DNA from: an uncultured Bacteroidales bacterium
Lineage (GTDB): Bacteria; Bacteroidota; Bacteroidia; Bacteroidales; Paludibacteraceae
Reading direction: 5' to 3'
Length of the DNA stretch: 64,000 bases
NCBI GenBank assembly: GCA_902785605.1
Contig: CACZZL010000008.1
Location: 8,538-72,537, forward strand
The notes beneath the pieces were generated by a model that had not been told where the DNA came from, ran no database searches, and was given only the letters and a program-made list of their open reading frames with translations. How positions within the stretch are numbered: the first letter of the stretch is position 1; the number at the start of each line of letters is the position of its first letter. Shown piece by piece: positions 42,405-51,443 of the stretch. Position numbers and translations under genes: made by a program.

Positions 42405-43544
42405 ATGAAACCGGAATTTATACATAGAGACGGGATGATAGCTAGTACAGATTATGTGCAATGGTTGTCCGACCTCAAGCAACGCTACCGTCAGAGCCAA
42501 ATCAAAGCGGTAGTACGCATCAATCAGTCCATGCTTGAATTCTATTGGAGCTTGGGACGTGATATTGTTGCCCTCAAAGCGGAAAGCAAATGGGGAAGTG
42601 GAGTGTTGCAACAACTGAGCATTGATTTGCAGCAGATATTCCCTGAAGAGAAGGGCTTCTCGTATAGGAATATTCGCTACATGAAACAATGGTATCTGTT
42701 TTATTGTGAGCAAGTTACAAAATGGCAACAACTTGTTGCCAAATTAGATGATTCAAATAGCCAGCAGCCTGTTGGCGAATTTTGGCAGCAACTTGTTGCC
42801 AAATTAGAAACGCCTAATTGCCACCAAGTTGGTGGCGCATTAGAGATGCCTACTGATTTTGCATTAGTTCCTTGGGGACATCATATAGAAATCGTTTCAA
42901 AATCCAATTCGCTTGACGAGGCTATATTCTATATCAATCAGACGATTGCCGGGAATTGGAGCCGGAAGAGGCTGGAAGATGAGATAAAAAGCGGCTTATA
43001 TAAACGGCAGGGAAAGGCTATAACGAATTTCTCCACTACACTTGCTCTGCCGGAACAACAGTTGGCGCAAGAAATACTCAAAGACCCGTTGGACCTTAAT
43101 TTCTTGCATCTCAAAAAAGGATACGATGAGCATGTATTGGAAGAAGCTTTGGTGACAAACATTACCAATTTTCTGCTTGAACTTGGCAAAGGTTTTTCGT
43201 ATGTGGGCAGACAAATGGAGTTACAGATGCCGGGCGGACAGACTTTTTTCCCAGACTTGATTTTCTACCATATTCCGCAACACCGATATGTAGTTGTAGA
43301 ACTGAAGGCGGTAAAGTATATTCCAGAGTTTGCAGGCAAATTGAATTTTTACGTTACTGCCGTAGATGAGTTGATGCGTGGAGAACATGACAACCCGACG
43401 GTCGGCTTGGTGATTTGCAAATCCTCGGACAAGACGGTAGTTGAATGGTCACTCAAAGATATTCAGAAACCGCTTGGCGTAGCAACTTATCAGTTAGAGG
43501 AAGTTGTTGAGCGTACAGTAAAAGAGATTGAAAACAGGAAATAG
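42405..43544 (+). CDS. yhcG: YhcG/DUF1016-family PDDEXK nuclease
   Basis: N-terminal YVQWLSDLKQRYRQSQIKAVVRINQSMLEFYWSLGRDIV and C-terminal PDLIFYHIPQHRYVVVELK (D..E.K). Internal duplication WQQLVAKLDDSNSQQPVGEFWQQLVAKLETPN. Confidence 0.75.
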   Translation: MKPEFIHRDGMIASTDYVQWLSDLKQRYRQSQIKAVVRINQSMLEFYWSLGRDIVALKAESKWGSGVLQQLSIDLQQIFPEEKGFSYRNIRYMKQWYLFYCEQVTKWQQLVAKLDDSNSQQPVGEFWQQLVAKLETPNCHQVGGALEMPTDFALVPWGHHIEIVSKSNSLDEAIFYINQTIAGNWSRKRLEDEIKSGLYKRQGKAITNFSTTLALPEQQLAQEILKDPLDLNFLHLKKGYDEHVLEEALVTNITNFLLELGKGFSYVGRQMELQMPGGQTFFPDLIFYHIPQHRYVVVELKAVKYIPEFAGKLNFYVTAVDELMRGEHDNPTVGLVICKSSDKTVVEWSLKDIQKPLGVATYQLEEVVERTVKEIENRK

Positions 43545-43676
43545 GAAAGTCAATGAAAGCAAAGTGGTGAGGGAATAAATGAGGGAATAAATGAGGGAAT
43601 AAATAATGCTCCTCTAAAATGATATTATGAAACTAACTAAATTAACACAAATATAAATCATTTAATTTTTAGATCT

Positions 43677-44702
43677 ATGGCTAAAATTATTACGTTGGGC
43701 GAGATCATGCTCCGCCTCAGTCCCGAAGGACAAGATCGTTTCATTCAGTCTGATCATTTCCGCATCATCCCCGGTGGTGGTGAGGCTAACGTGGCTATCT
43801 CGTGTGCTAACTACGGTCACGAGGCTTATCTGGTGACCAAACTGCCGAAACATGAGATCGGTCAGATTGCTGTTAACTCGCTGCGTCGTTATGGTGTGAA
43901 GGACGATTATATCGTTCGTGGCGGTGACCGCGTAGGTCTGTACTACTGCGAGACCGGTGCTTCTATGCGTCCGTCGAAAGTCATCTACGACCGCGCTCAC
44001 TCGGCTATCGCTGAGGCTGATCCGAAGGATTTTGACTTCGATAAGATCATGGAAGGTGCAGCTTGGTTCCACTGGTCCGGTATCACGCCGGCTATCTCGG
44101 ACAAGGCTGCTGAGATCACGAAGCTCGCTTGCGAGGCTGCAAAGCGTCACGGTGTAACCGTATCGGTTGACCTCAACTTCCGTAAGAAACTGTGGACCAG
44201 CGAGAAAGCTATCTCGATCATGCGTCCGCTGATGAAGTACGTGGACGTTTGTATCGGTAATGAAGAAGACGCTGAACTCTGCCTCGGCTTCAAGCCCGAT
44301 GCAGACGTAGAAGGCGGCGAGACCAACGCTGAGGGCTACAAGGGCATCTTCGAGCAGATGATGAAAGAGTTCGGCTTCAAGTACGTTGTTTCGACGCTTC
44401 GCGAGAGCTACAGCGCTACCTTCAACGGCTGGAAAGCGATGATCTACAACGGCAAGGAGTTCTACCAGAGCAAGCGTTACGAGATCAACCCGATCATCGA
44501 CCGCGTAGGTGGTGGTGACTCGTTCTCCGGTGGTCTGATTCATGGTATGCTCAAGTATCCGGGCGACCAAGGCGCAGCTCTTGAGTTCGCAGTAGCTGCT
44601 TCGGCTCTCAAGCACACTATCAACGGCGACTACAACCTCGTTTCGGAGGACGAAGTGCTCAGCCTCGCAGGTGGTAATGCGAATGGTCGCGTTCAACGTT
44701 AA
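43677..44702 (+). CDS. kdgK: 2-dehydro-3-deoxygluconokinase (PfkB family)
   Basis: MAKIITLGEIMLRLSPEG start. GGGDSFSGGLIHG is the PfkB signature. Confidence 0.85.
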   Translation: MAKIITLGEIMLRLSPEGQDRFIQSDHFRIIPGGGEANVAISCANYGHEAYLVTKLPKHEIGQIAVNSLRRYGVKDDYIVRGGDRVGLYYCETGASMRPSKVIYDRAHSAIAEADPKDFDFDKIMEGAAWFHWSGITPAISDKAAEITKLACEAAKRHGVTVSVDLNFRKKLWTSEKAISIMRPLMKYVDVCIGNEEDAELCLGFKPDADVEGGETNAEGYKGIFEQMMKEFGFKYVVSTLRESYSATFNGWKAMIYNGKEFYQSKRYEINPIIDRVGGGDSFSGGLIHGMLKYPGDQGAALEFAVAASALKHTINGDYNLVSEDEVLSLAGGNANGRVQR

Positions 44703-44751
44703 CCTTTCGCAATAACGATATAACGTAATAACGATATAACGAGAAAAATTT

Positions 44752-45420
44752 ATGGCAAGATTTGATAAATTTGAGGTGATGGCCAAGATTAAGGCCGCTC
44801 CGATGGTTCCTGTGTTCTACCACAAAGATGTGGAGGTTTGCAAGAACGTGATTAAGGCTTGTTACGAAGGCGGTGTACGCGCGTTCGAGTTCACCAACCG
44901 CGGTGATTTCGCACACGAGGTGTTCGGCGAACTGAGCAAGTGGGTAGCTAAAGAGTGCCCGGAATTGGCACTCGGTATCGGTAGCGTCGTAGACGCTCCG
45001 ACCGCTTCGCTGTACTTGCAGTTGGGCGCTAACTTCGTCGTAGGTCCGTTGTTCAACAAGGATATCGCAGTTGTCTGCAACCGTCGTTGTGTGACGTATT
45101 GTCCGGGTTGCTTGACGCCGAGCGAGATCGGTCTGGCACAGGAAGTAGGCTGCGACTTCACGAAAGTGTTCCCGGGTGACGTAGTAGGTCCGAACCTCGT
45201 CAAAGGTCTGATGGCTCCGATGCCGTGGTCGAAGATCATGGTGACCGGTGGCGTTGCTCCCGAGAAAGAGAACTTGGAAAAGTGGTTCGCTGCAGGTGTT
45301 TACTGCGTAGGTATGGGCTCCAAACTGTTCCCGTCCGACAAGGTAAAAGCCGGCGATTGGAAGTACGTAACCGACAAGTGCAAAGAATGCTTCGACATTA
45401 TTTCCGCGTGCAAGAAATAA
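44752..45420 (+). CDS. eda: KDPG / 4-hydroxy-2-oxoglutarate aldolase
   Basis: 222 aa. [11 protein letters not shown] ... [10 protein letters not shown] is Eda-type text. It sits between kdgK and the transporter gene. Confidence 0.8.
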   Translation: MARFDKFEVMAKIKAAPMVPVFYHKDVEVCKNVIKACYEGGVRAFEFTNRGDFAHEVFGELSKWVAKECPELALGIGSVVDAPTASLYLQLGANFVVGPLFNKDIAVVCNRRCVTYCPGCLTPSEIGLAQEVGCDFTKVFPGDVVGPNLVKGLMAPMPWSKIMVTGGVAPEKENLEKWFAAGVYCVGMGSKLFPSDKVKAGDWKYVTDKCKECFDIISACKK

Positions 45421-45464
45421 ATCGTACATCGTACATTTGTAAATCGTAAATAAATTTGTTTTTT

Positions 45465-47033
45465 ATGAGTAAAAAAGAAATTATGACCAACTGGCGTTGG
45501 GTCATGTGTGCCATGCTCTTCTTCGCCACGACCGTCAATTACATGGACCGTCAGGTTCTCTCGTTGACGTGGAAAGAGTTCATTCAACCGGAGTTCCACT
45601 GGTCGAATGAGCAGTACGGTGACATCACAGCGTATTTCTCGATCGCGTATGCCATCTTCTGCCTCTTCGCCGGTAAGTTCATCGATTGGATGGGCACGAA
45701 GAAGGGTTATATGATTGCGATCATCGTGTGGTCGTTAGGTGCAGTTATGCACGCAGGCTGCGGTATCGTGACGGAGCATTATGTAGGTGTGGCAGACAAG
45801 GCTGCTCTCATTAATGCGGTGGGTGATACAGCGAGTACGATTGCGATGGTGAGTGTGTATCTGTTCCTTGCCTGTCGTCTCATCTTGGGACTTGGTGAGG
45901 CAGGTAACTTCCCTGCTGCTATCAAAGTGACGGCCGAGTATTTCCCGAAGAAAGACCGTGCGTTCGCAACTTCGATCTTCAACGCCGGAGCATCGGTAGG
46001 TGCACTCGCAGCTCCCGCTACGATTCCTCTGCTTGCGAAAGCGATGGGATGGGAGTGGGCGTTCATCATTATCGGTGCGCTCGGTTTCCTCTGGGCCGGT
46101 GTCTGGATCTTTGTCTATGACAAACCGCGCGAGTCCAAGCACGTCAACCAAGCTGAGTTGGATTATATTCACCAAGACGACGCTGAGGCGCCGAAACAGA
46201 AAGTGAAAGAGGAGAAGCAGATGTCGTTCATTGAGGCGTTCAAACACCGTCAGACCTGGTCGTTCGCGTTCGGTAAGTTCATGACCGACGGCGTATGGTG
46301 GTTCTTCCTCTTCTGGGCTCCTGCTTACTTCCAGGATCAGTTCCTCATCAAAGCATCTGACCCGCAAGGCGTTGTGCTGATCTTCACCCTCTATGCGATC
46401 GTAACCATCGTATCGCTCTTTGGCGGATACCTGCCGAAGATCTTCGTGGAGAAGAAAGGCATGGAGCCGTATTCGGGACGTATGTTGGCTATGCTCATTT
46501 TCGCCTTCTTCCCGCTGTTGGCACTCGGCGCACAACCCTTAGGCGGCATCTGGGGACCTTGGGCTGTTGCTATCATCATCGGTATCGTAGGTGCGGCACA
46601 CCAGAGTTGGAGTGCGAACATCTTCTCGACGGTAGGAGATATGTTCCCTAAGTCGGCGATTGCAACCATCACCGGTATCGGAGCGATGGCCGGTGGTATC
46701 GGTTCGTTCCTGATCAACAAAGGTTCGGGTAAACTGTTTGACTACGCGGCGGGTGAGTTCACGTTCAACGGCAATGAGTTTGTCATGAACGCTACCGGCC
46801 TGAAAGAGGCTTTCGGCATCGAGATCAACAAGGTCTTTGAGGCGAAAGACTATGTGGATGCGGTGGTAGCTCAAGGCGGTGAGGTCGTTCGTCAACCGAT
46901 GGAGGCGCTGGGCTTTGCCGGAACTCCTGCAGGTTACATGATCATCTTCTGCATCTGTGCAGTAGCTTATCTGATCGGTTGGACCGTAATGAAGAGCCTT
47001 GTTCCGAAATATGAACCTGTCAAGGTTTCATAA
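45465..47033 (+). CDS. MFS transporter, hexuronate-type (ExuT-like)
   Basis: TTVNYMDRQVLS is an MFS/ACS-family motif. About 12 hydrophobic segments. It sits in an operon context with uxaC, kdgK and eda. Confidence 0.7.
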   Translation: MSKKEIMTNWRWVMCAMLFFATTVNYMDRQVLSLTWKEFIQPEFHWSNEQYGDITAYFSIAYAIFCLFAGKFIDWMGTKKGYMIAIIVWSLGAVMHAGCGIVTEHYVGVADKAALINAVGDTASTIAMVSVYLFLACRLILGLGEAGNFPAAIKVTAEYFPKKDRAFATSIFNAGASVGALAAPATIPLLAKAMGWEWAFIIIGALGFLWAGVWIFVYDKPRESKHVNQAELDYIHQDDAEAPKQKVKEEKQMSFIEAFKHRQTWSFAFGKFMTDGVWWFFLFWAPAYFQDQFLIKASDPQGVVLIFTLYAIVTIVSLFGGYLPKIFVEKKGMEPYSGRMLAMLIFAFFPLLALGAQPLGGIWGPWAVAIIIGIVGAAHQSWSANIFSTVGDMFPKSAIATITGIGAMAGGIGSFLINKGSGKLFDYAAGEFTFNGNEFVMNATGLKEAFGIEINKVFEAKDYVDAVVAQGGEVVRQPMEALGFAGTPAGYMIIFCICAVAYLIGWTVMKSLVPKYEPVKVS

Positions 47034-47085
47034 ATCGTTTGAACGAAGTGAGATAAGAAGTATAGCCCGGTAGAGGTTAAGTAAT

Positions 47086-48783
47086 ATGAAACGAATTTCT
47101 CTCATGATTGTAGCGGGCTTAATGTCCGCTACAATTGCATGGGGAGCCGGAATTAATTATAACGGTACCTCGCTCACGGAAAACAATGAGTTCACCCGCA
47201 CGGAATGTGGTACTTCGTCTAAGAATGTGATGAAGGAGGTGAGTGGGCTCGCGTGCTCGCGTACTACGCCCGGTTACCTCTGGGCGCACGGCGATGAGAA
47301 CACCGGCACCAATCGTAAGATTGTCGCTATTCAGCCTTCCGGCGCGCTCGCAATGACGGTTAATCTGACCACACCGAACAATACCCGTGACGATTGGGAG
47401 GATGTCTGTACCGGCGTGTACAACAATACCAATTATCTGTTTGTCGGCGCGATCGGTGACAATGATCTGGCGTTCAACGACCAGTACTACATCTACTATT
47501 TCGAAGAACCCGCCATCACTTCCGGGACACAGACAATCACCGTAAACATCATTCACTACGGTTATCCGGACAACCAGGCGCACAATACCGAAACGCTCAT
47601 GTACGACAATGTGGAGCAGATGTTCTATATTGCCGACAAAGTGGAAGGTGTGTGTCATCTGTACAAACTGCCATTCCGTACGGACTACGGCTCAGATATC
47701 CAACGCCTCACCGAAGTGTGCGCGTTAGGTAGCGGCAGTAAGTTCAAACTCGCGAACGGCGGGGATATATCGCCTGACGGGCGGTGTATGGCTATCAAGA
47801 GTGAGAAATATGTGCTGCTGTGGGAGCGACAGGGTTCGGAGAGCCTGAGTGCCACCGCACAGCGTCTGCCGGTACAGGTCATGGCGTATCAGACAGAAGA
47901 GCAGGGTGAGTCGCTCGCTTGGTATAACGACTCCATCTTCTACACCACCAGCGATTCTAAGAAGGATACTCCTATTTACAAATACGTGCGCGGGAACAAC
48001 TCTTCCACGCCGGATCCGACTCCGGACCCAGAACCCGAACCGACTCCCGGGGTGGTAATCAACGAGATTTTCATGACCAACCACTACCAGGCGTATATCA
48101 CGGAGAGTGATACAACGACCATACATGCATATTACCTGGCAGGCGAGGCTGAACCTGCGGTGGACAGTTGTACGCTCAATGTAGGCACGACATGGGAGCA
48201 GAGCGGTAATACGCTTACGTTCGTCGGCGCGGACAGCACACAACGCATCTGTACGCTGGATTTACAGCCTGTACAACCGGTTGCTTTTACTTCTACCGAG
48301 ATCGTTTTTGATGGCACGGAGACATGGGTGAAAGGGGCGTGTGGTTTTGATGCAACCAAGAAATGGCGCATTGCCAAAACCGACGATGACTACAGCCGTG
48401 AGATGGCAGGAAAGACGCACTTGGAAATGTTTCTTCCTTCCTGCGACACCGTGGAGATAACCTCCTCTATCACCAATTACGATCGTGCCATTCGCGTCTA
48501 TGTGAATGGGGAACCGATAGGAGATAAAGTAACGCTGAAGAAAAACGGAACGCTGACATTCGCTGTAAATCAGTCTGCTGCGTTCATGTTCACGATTGCC
48601 TCGGCACAGAGTAGCGGTGACGCGGGAATTAAATCCGTCCGCATGGCGCGTAAAGGCTGGGCAACAGACATCGAAAATGTTCAAAATGTCTCTGTACAAT
48701 GTGCCAAGATCTTGCGCGACGGACAGATCTATATCGTTCGAGGAGAGCAGATCTTTACCCTAACAGGTCAATTAGTGCGATAG
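47086..48783 (+). CDS. secreted hypothetical protein with the conserved C-terminal tail
   Basis: Signal peptide MKRISLMIVAGLMSATIAWGA. Pro/Thr/Asp linker TPDPTPDPEPEPTPG. Tail VQCAKILRDGQIYIVRGEQIFTLTGQLVR. Confidence 0.55.
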   Translation: MKRISLMIVAGLMSATIAWGAGINYNGTSLTENNEFTRTECGTSSKNVMKEVSGLACSRTTPGYLWAHGDENTGTNRKIVAIQPSGALAMTVNLTTPNNTRDDWEDVCTGVYNNTNYLFVGAIGDNDLAFNDQYYIYYFEEPAITSGTQTITVNIIHYGYPDNQAHNTETLMYDNVEQMFYIADKVEGVCHLYKLPFRTDYGSDIQRLTEVCALGSGSKFKLANGGDISPDGRCMAIKSEKYVLLWERQGSESLSATAQRLPVQVMAYQTEEQGESLAWYNDSIFYTTSDSKKDTPIYKYVRGNNSSTPDPTPDPEPEPTPGVVINEIFMTNHYQAYITESDTTTIHAYYLAGEAEPAVDSCTLNVGTTWEQSGNTLTFVGADSTQRICTLDLQPVQPVAFTSTEIVFDGTETWVKGACGFDATKKWRIAKTDDDYSREMAGKTHLEMFLPSCDTVEITSSITNYDRAIRVYVNGEPIGDKVTLKKNGTLTFAVNQSAAFMFTIASAQSSGDAGIKSVRMARKGWATDIENVQNVSVQCAKILRDGQIYIVRGEQIFTLTGQLVR

Positions 48784-49726
48784 CCGTCATGGCTTCAACG
48801 ACAGGCACGGCGCGTGTGGCAACACAGGCGTCGTGTCTTCCTTTTACGCCGGCTTTTGGTGTGGATGGAGTGGGTTTGAACACGCAGCGGAACACCACTT
48901 CCGTGCCATCGGAGATGCCTCCGGAGATGCCGCCGCTGATGGCATTAATCGCACTTCCCGGTTGGGTCACACCGCCAAATCCTGTGCCGTACTCAAAACC
49001 TTTGCAGGCATTGATGCTCATGACCGCAAAGGCCAATTCGGCTTGTAACTTATTGAAAATGGGCTCGCCTACACCGGGTGGCAGACCGGTGATACGGCAC
49101 TCGATGATGCCGCCGATCGAGTCGCCGTCGCGTTGGTAAGAGGCGATCGTATCGTTGAACTTAGCGGGGTCGGTCTCGGAGCCTACTTGGATCAGTTCGG
49201 CATGAATCGTAATACCTTTCTCGGCCAACTGCTGCTTGGCGACACAGCCTGCGACCACACGTCCTGCTGTCTCGCGGGCAGAAGCTCTGCCGCCGCCTCT
49301 CCAATCGCGAATGCCGTATTTTTGCTCATACACCTTGTCGGCATGTCCGACGCGGTACGTCGTCTTCAGCCACTCGTAGTCTTCCGGCCGCGCGTCCTTG
49401 TTCCGAATAATGAACGCAATCGGCGTACCAAGGGAGACTAACTCATGATCGGAAGCGTCTTCATTTTTAATTTTTAATTTTTCATTTTTAATTACTCCCG
49501 ACAGCCACTCGACTTCGTCGGGTTCGCGCAAAGCCCGCGGCGAAACGCCCGTAACCTGTAACCCGTCACCCGTAACCCCTTTTCCCGCTCGTCTCTCTAA
49601 CTCGCGTCGGATAAGGTTCATGTCAATAACAAGCCCTGCCGGCACACCGTCCAGCACGCCGCCTATCGCTGCTCCGTGTGACTCCCCGAAGCTGGTAAAC
49701 GTCCATTTATCGCCAAAACTGTTCAT
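48755..49726 (-). CDS. aroC: chorismate synthase
   Basis: ATG 49726 (MNSFGDKWTFTSFGESHG). RPGHAD-like VGHADKVY and GGGRASARETA motifs. It holds two in-frame heptamer repeats, at 49461-49495 and 49548-49580. Confidence 0.85.
   Translation of the reverse strand: MNSFGDKWTFTSFGESHGAAIGGVLDGVPAGLVIDMNLIRRELERRAGKGVTGDGLQVTGVSPRALREPDEVEWLSGVIKNEKLKIKNEDASDHELVSLGTPIAFIIRNKDARPEDYEWLKTTYRVGHADKVYEQKYGIRDWRGGGRASARETAGRVVAGCVAKQQLAEKGITIHAELIQVGSETDPAKFNDTIASYQRDGDSIGGIIECRITGLPPGVGEPIFNKLQAELAFAVMSINACKGFEYGTGFGGVTQPGSAINAISGGISGGISDGTEVVFRCVFKPTPSTPKAGVKGRHDACVATRAVPVVEAMTAIALIDLLG
49461..49495. repeat. TTTTTAA-type heptamer repeat x5 inside aroC
   Basis: tcatttttaatttttaatttttcatttttaattac, encoding IKNEKLKIKNE on the minus strand. 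Confidence 0.9.
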
Positions 49727-49732
49727 CGCCTG

Positions 49733-49765
49733 CAAAATTACTGCTTTTTTTTGGAATACGCAAGG
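49733..49765 (-). promoter_or_regulatory. sigma-A promoter of aroC (predicts a leaderless or near-leaderless mRNA)
   Basis: The minus strand reads CTTGCGTATTCCAAAAAAAAGCAGTAATTTTGCAGGCGATG. The -7 box ends 6 nt before the ATG. Confidence 0.6.
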
Positions 49766-49810
49766 ATTTGGTGCAAAAACGAGAAAAATTGACTAATTTT
49801 GTGGATAAAT

Positions 49811-49842
49811 TTGTATAATTCAAAAAAAAATGTTACCTTTGC
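49811..49842 (+). promoter_or_regulatory. orphan sigma-A promoter with no credible ORF for about 320 nt
   Basis: TTG at 49811-49813 and TACCTTTG at 49834-49841. Confidence 0.6.
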
Positions 49843-49861
49843 AGCCGCTTTGGGTGCAAAG

Positions 49862-49886
49862 GCGTACGCACGCACGTATATGTGTG
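49862..49886. other. 25-nt perfect alternating purine-pyrimidine tract
   Basis: GCGTACGCACGCACGTATATGTGTG. Every step alternates R and Y. Confidence 0.95.
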
Positions 49887-50107
49887 AGCCCGCCCATTCG
49901 ACCCAATATCGGACCAATCACGGAGGTGTATCGGACCAATATCGTATCCCACCACACTCTATATATACTATGTATATATCCCGTGATTTTGAAATTGAGC
50001 AAAAAAATGACCAAGTGAAAATGATATAGCCCGCTTTCTCAAGGCTTAAAAGAGAGGCAAAAAGATCTTTGATATATTGAAAAAGACTGAAAAAATGTAG
50101 GCAAGTC

Positions 50108-50139
50108 TTGCATATGTCGTAAAAAAGCAGTACCTTTGC
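50108..50139 (+). promoter_or_regulatory. sigma-A promoter of the PIN toxin-antitoxin pair
   Basis: CTTGCATATGTCGTAAAAAAGCAGTACCTTTGCA. Confidence 0.7.
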
Positions 50140-50167
50140 AGCGTCAAAGGTAAAACAACAACGATAT

Positions 50168-50362
50168 ATGGAAGATGTAGTATTAAAAATGCCGACCACA
50201 GACGTAGCGCTGATAATGCAGTTTGCTAGTCGTATGGGGTGGACGATAGAGAGTCGTCGCAACCCTGTAGCGCGTTTCATTGAGGCGTGCTCCAGAAACA
50301 ATGCCGCGCTGACCGATGAAGAAATTCAAGCAGAGGTAAATGCCGTTCGATATAACAAGTAA
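50168..50362 (+). CDS. putative antitoxin of the PIN pair
   Basis: 64 aa. Its stop is 1 nt before the PIN start codon. Confidence 0.5.
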   Translation: MEDVVLKMPTTDVALIMQFASRMGWTIESRRNPVARFIEACSRNNAALTDEEIQAEVNAVRYNK

Positions 50363-50363
50363 T

Positions 50364-50780
50364 ATGAACGTCATATTAGATACCAATATTTGGATTTCCT
50401 TCCTGTTCGGGAAGCAGTTGCAGAGTGTTGCATCTGTATTTGACAATGCGAACATTAAGGTTTATGTGTCTCCGGAGCAAGTAGCGGAGATACAATCCGT
50501 ATTGTCTCGTCCCAAGATTCGCGAACATATATCCCATGAGTCGATAGAAACAATGTGGGAGTTAATGCGCACACGATGCTATCCAATTGAGGACTATCCC
50601 GCGGTTGAATCATCTATCCGCGATGTCAAGGATGCATATCTGCTGGCTATGGCAGAAGCCATACCTGCGAGTGCGATAGTAACCGGAGATAAGGATTTGC
50701 TGGTGCTTAAACAGCATAAAGAGACAGCAATAATGACCTATCAAGAGTTCTTGGTATTATTGTCCGAAATTAGACTTTAG
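50364..50780 (+). CDS. PIN-domain toxin
   Basis: MNVILDTNIWISFLFG holds the first acidic residue. DAYLLAMAEA and VTGDKDLL are typical of PIN proteins. Confidence 0.75.
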   Translation: MNVILDTNIWISFLFGKQLQSVASVFDNANIKVYVSPEQVAEIQSVLSRPKIREHISHESIETMWELMRTRCYPIEDYPAVESSIRDVKDAYLLAMAEAIPASAIVTGDKDLLVLKQHKETAIMTYQEFLVLLSEIRL

Positions 50781-50809
50781 GTGTAATATTCCTACATTTA
50801 TAAATTCAG

Positions 50810-50846
50810 TCTGACACGTTACGAAAGTTTCGTGTCAGATTTTGTT
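50810..50846 (+). terminator. intrinsic terminator after the PIN gene
   Basis: TCTGACACG (50810-50818) pairs perfectly over 9 bp with CGTGTCAGA (50831-50839). TTTTGTT follows. Confidence 0.75.
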
Positions 50847-50931
50847 ATAGTCTTTTTCAATATGGTAAATGATTTAAAGTGCAAAAAGTGCAAAGCAAAA
50901 AACGAATAATAACATAAAAACACATATAGTT

Positions 50932-51411
50932 ATGGGGAAGACAAAACTTATTGTCATTAGAGACACCCAAAATCAAGGTAAGAGTACAACCATTTGGTTG
51001 TTGTTAAAGGAATTGTTGGCTCAGGAGGCAAAGGTTATAGAATTATATAACCTTAATGAGGATCATGCTATTGAGATCCCGGATGAGATGCCACCTCAAG
51101 GGTTTATCTATGATGTATGGGCTGTGTTAGAATGGCATGAACGAAAAATTGTGTTGGATAGCAGAGGTGATTATGTGAGATATTTGGAGACAGATGTTAG
51201 GTATGCAATAAAGAATTTTGATCCGGACTTTATTGTGTGTGCAGTACAGGAACGTCCTGGCTATAACAATATTTGGAACAACTTCAATAATAAGTTCCCG
51301 AATACAAAGTATGGTCGAATCTGTTTCTGGGTAGAGCGTTCGGAAGGTGAGACCGACGCGCATATGGTTAAGCGGCCTACGATAGAGGCCATAATGAAAT
51401 ATATGGGTTAA
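50932..51411 (+). CDS. small P-loop-like protein of unknown function (protein A)
   Basis: 159 aa. Deviant Walker A RDTQNQGKSTT near the N-terminus. DFIVCAVQE could be a Walker B. The gene is AT-rich. Confidence 0.45.
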   Translation: MGKTKLIVIRDTQNQGKSTTIWLLLKELLAQEAKVIELYNLNEDHAIEIPDEMPPQGFIYDVWAVLEWHERKIVLDSRGDYVRYLETDVRYAIKNFDPDFIVCAVQERPGYNNIWNNFNNKFPNTKYGRICFWVERSEGETDAHMVKRPTIEAIMKYMG

Positions 51412-51443
51412 AGTGAAACTAATATGAAATCATAAATAATATC

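Noticed and set aside
43662-44786. Long antisense ORFs opposite well-supported genes. Examples: 43662..44786 (374 aa), 39962..41008 (348 aa), 59958..61145 (395 aa), 34778..35551, 45735..46535, 20786..21487, 36840..37472, 25660..26373, 8384..9031
   Set aside because: Each lies entirely within, and opposite to, a gene with clear family motifs (kdgK, uxaC, the giant adhesin, EEP, the MFS transporter, the mutase, glutaminyl cyclase, tonB). Their translations are Arg/His/Val-rich low-information sequences, typical of the reverse frame of moderately GC-rich genes.
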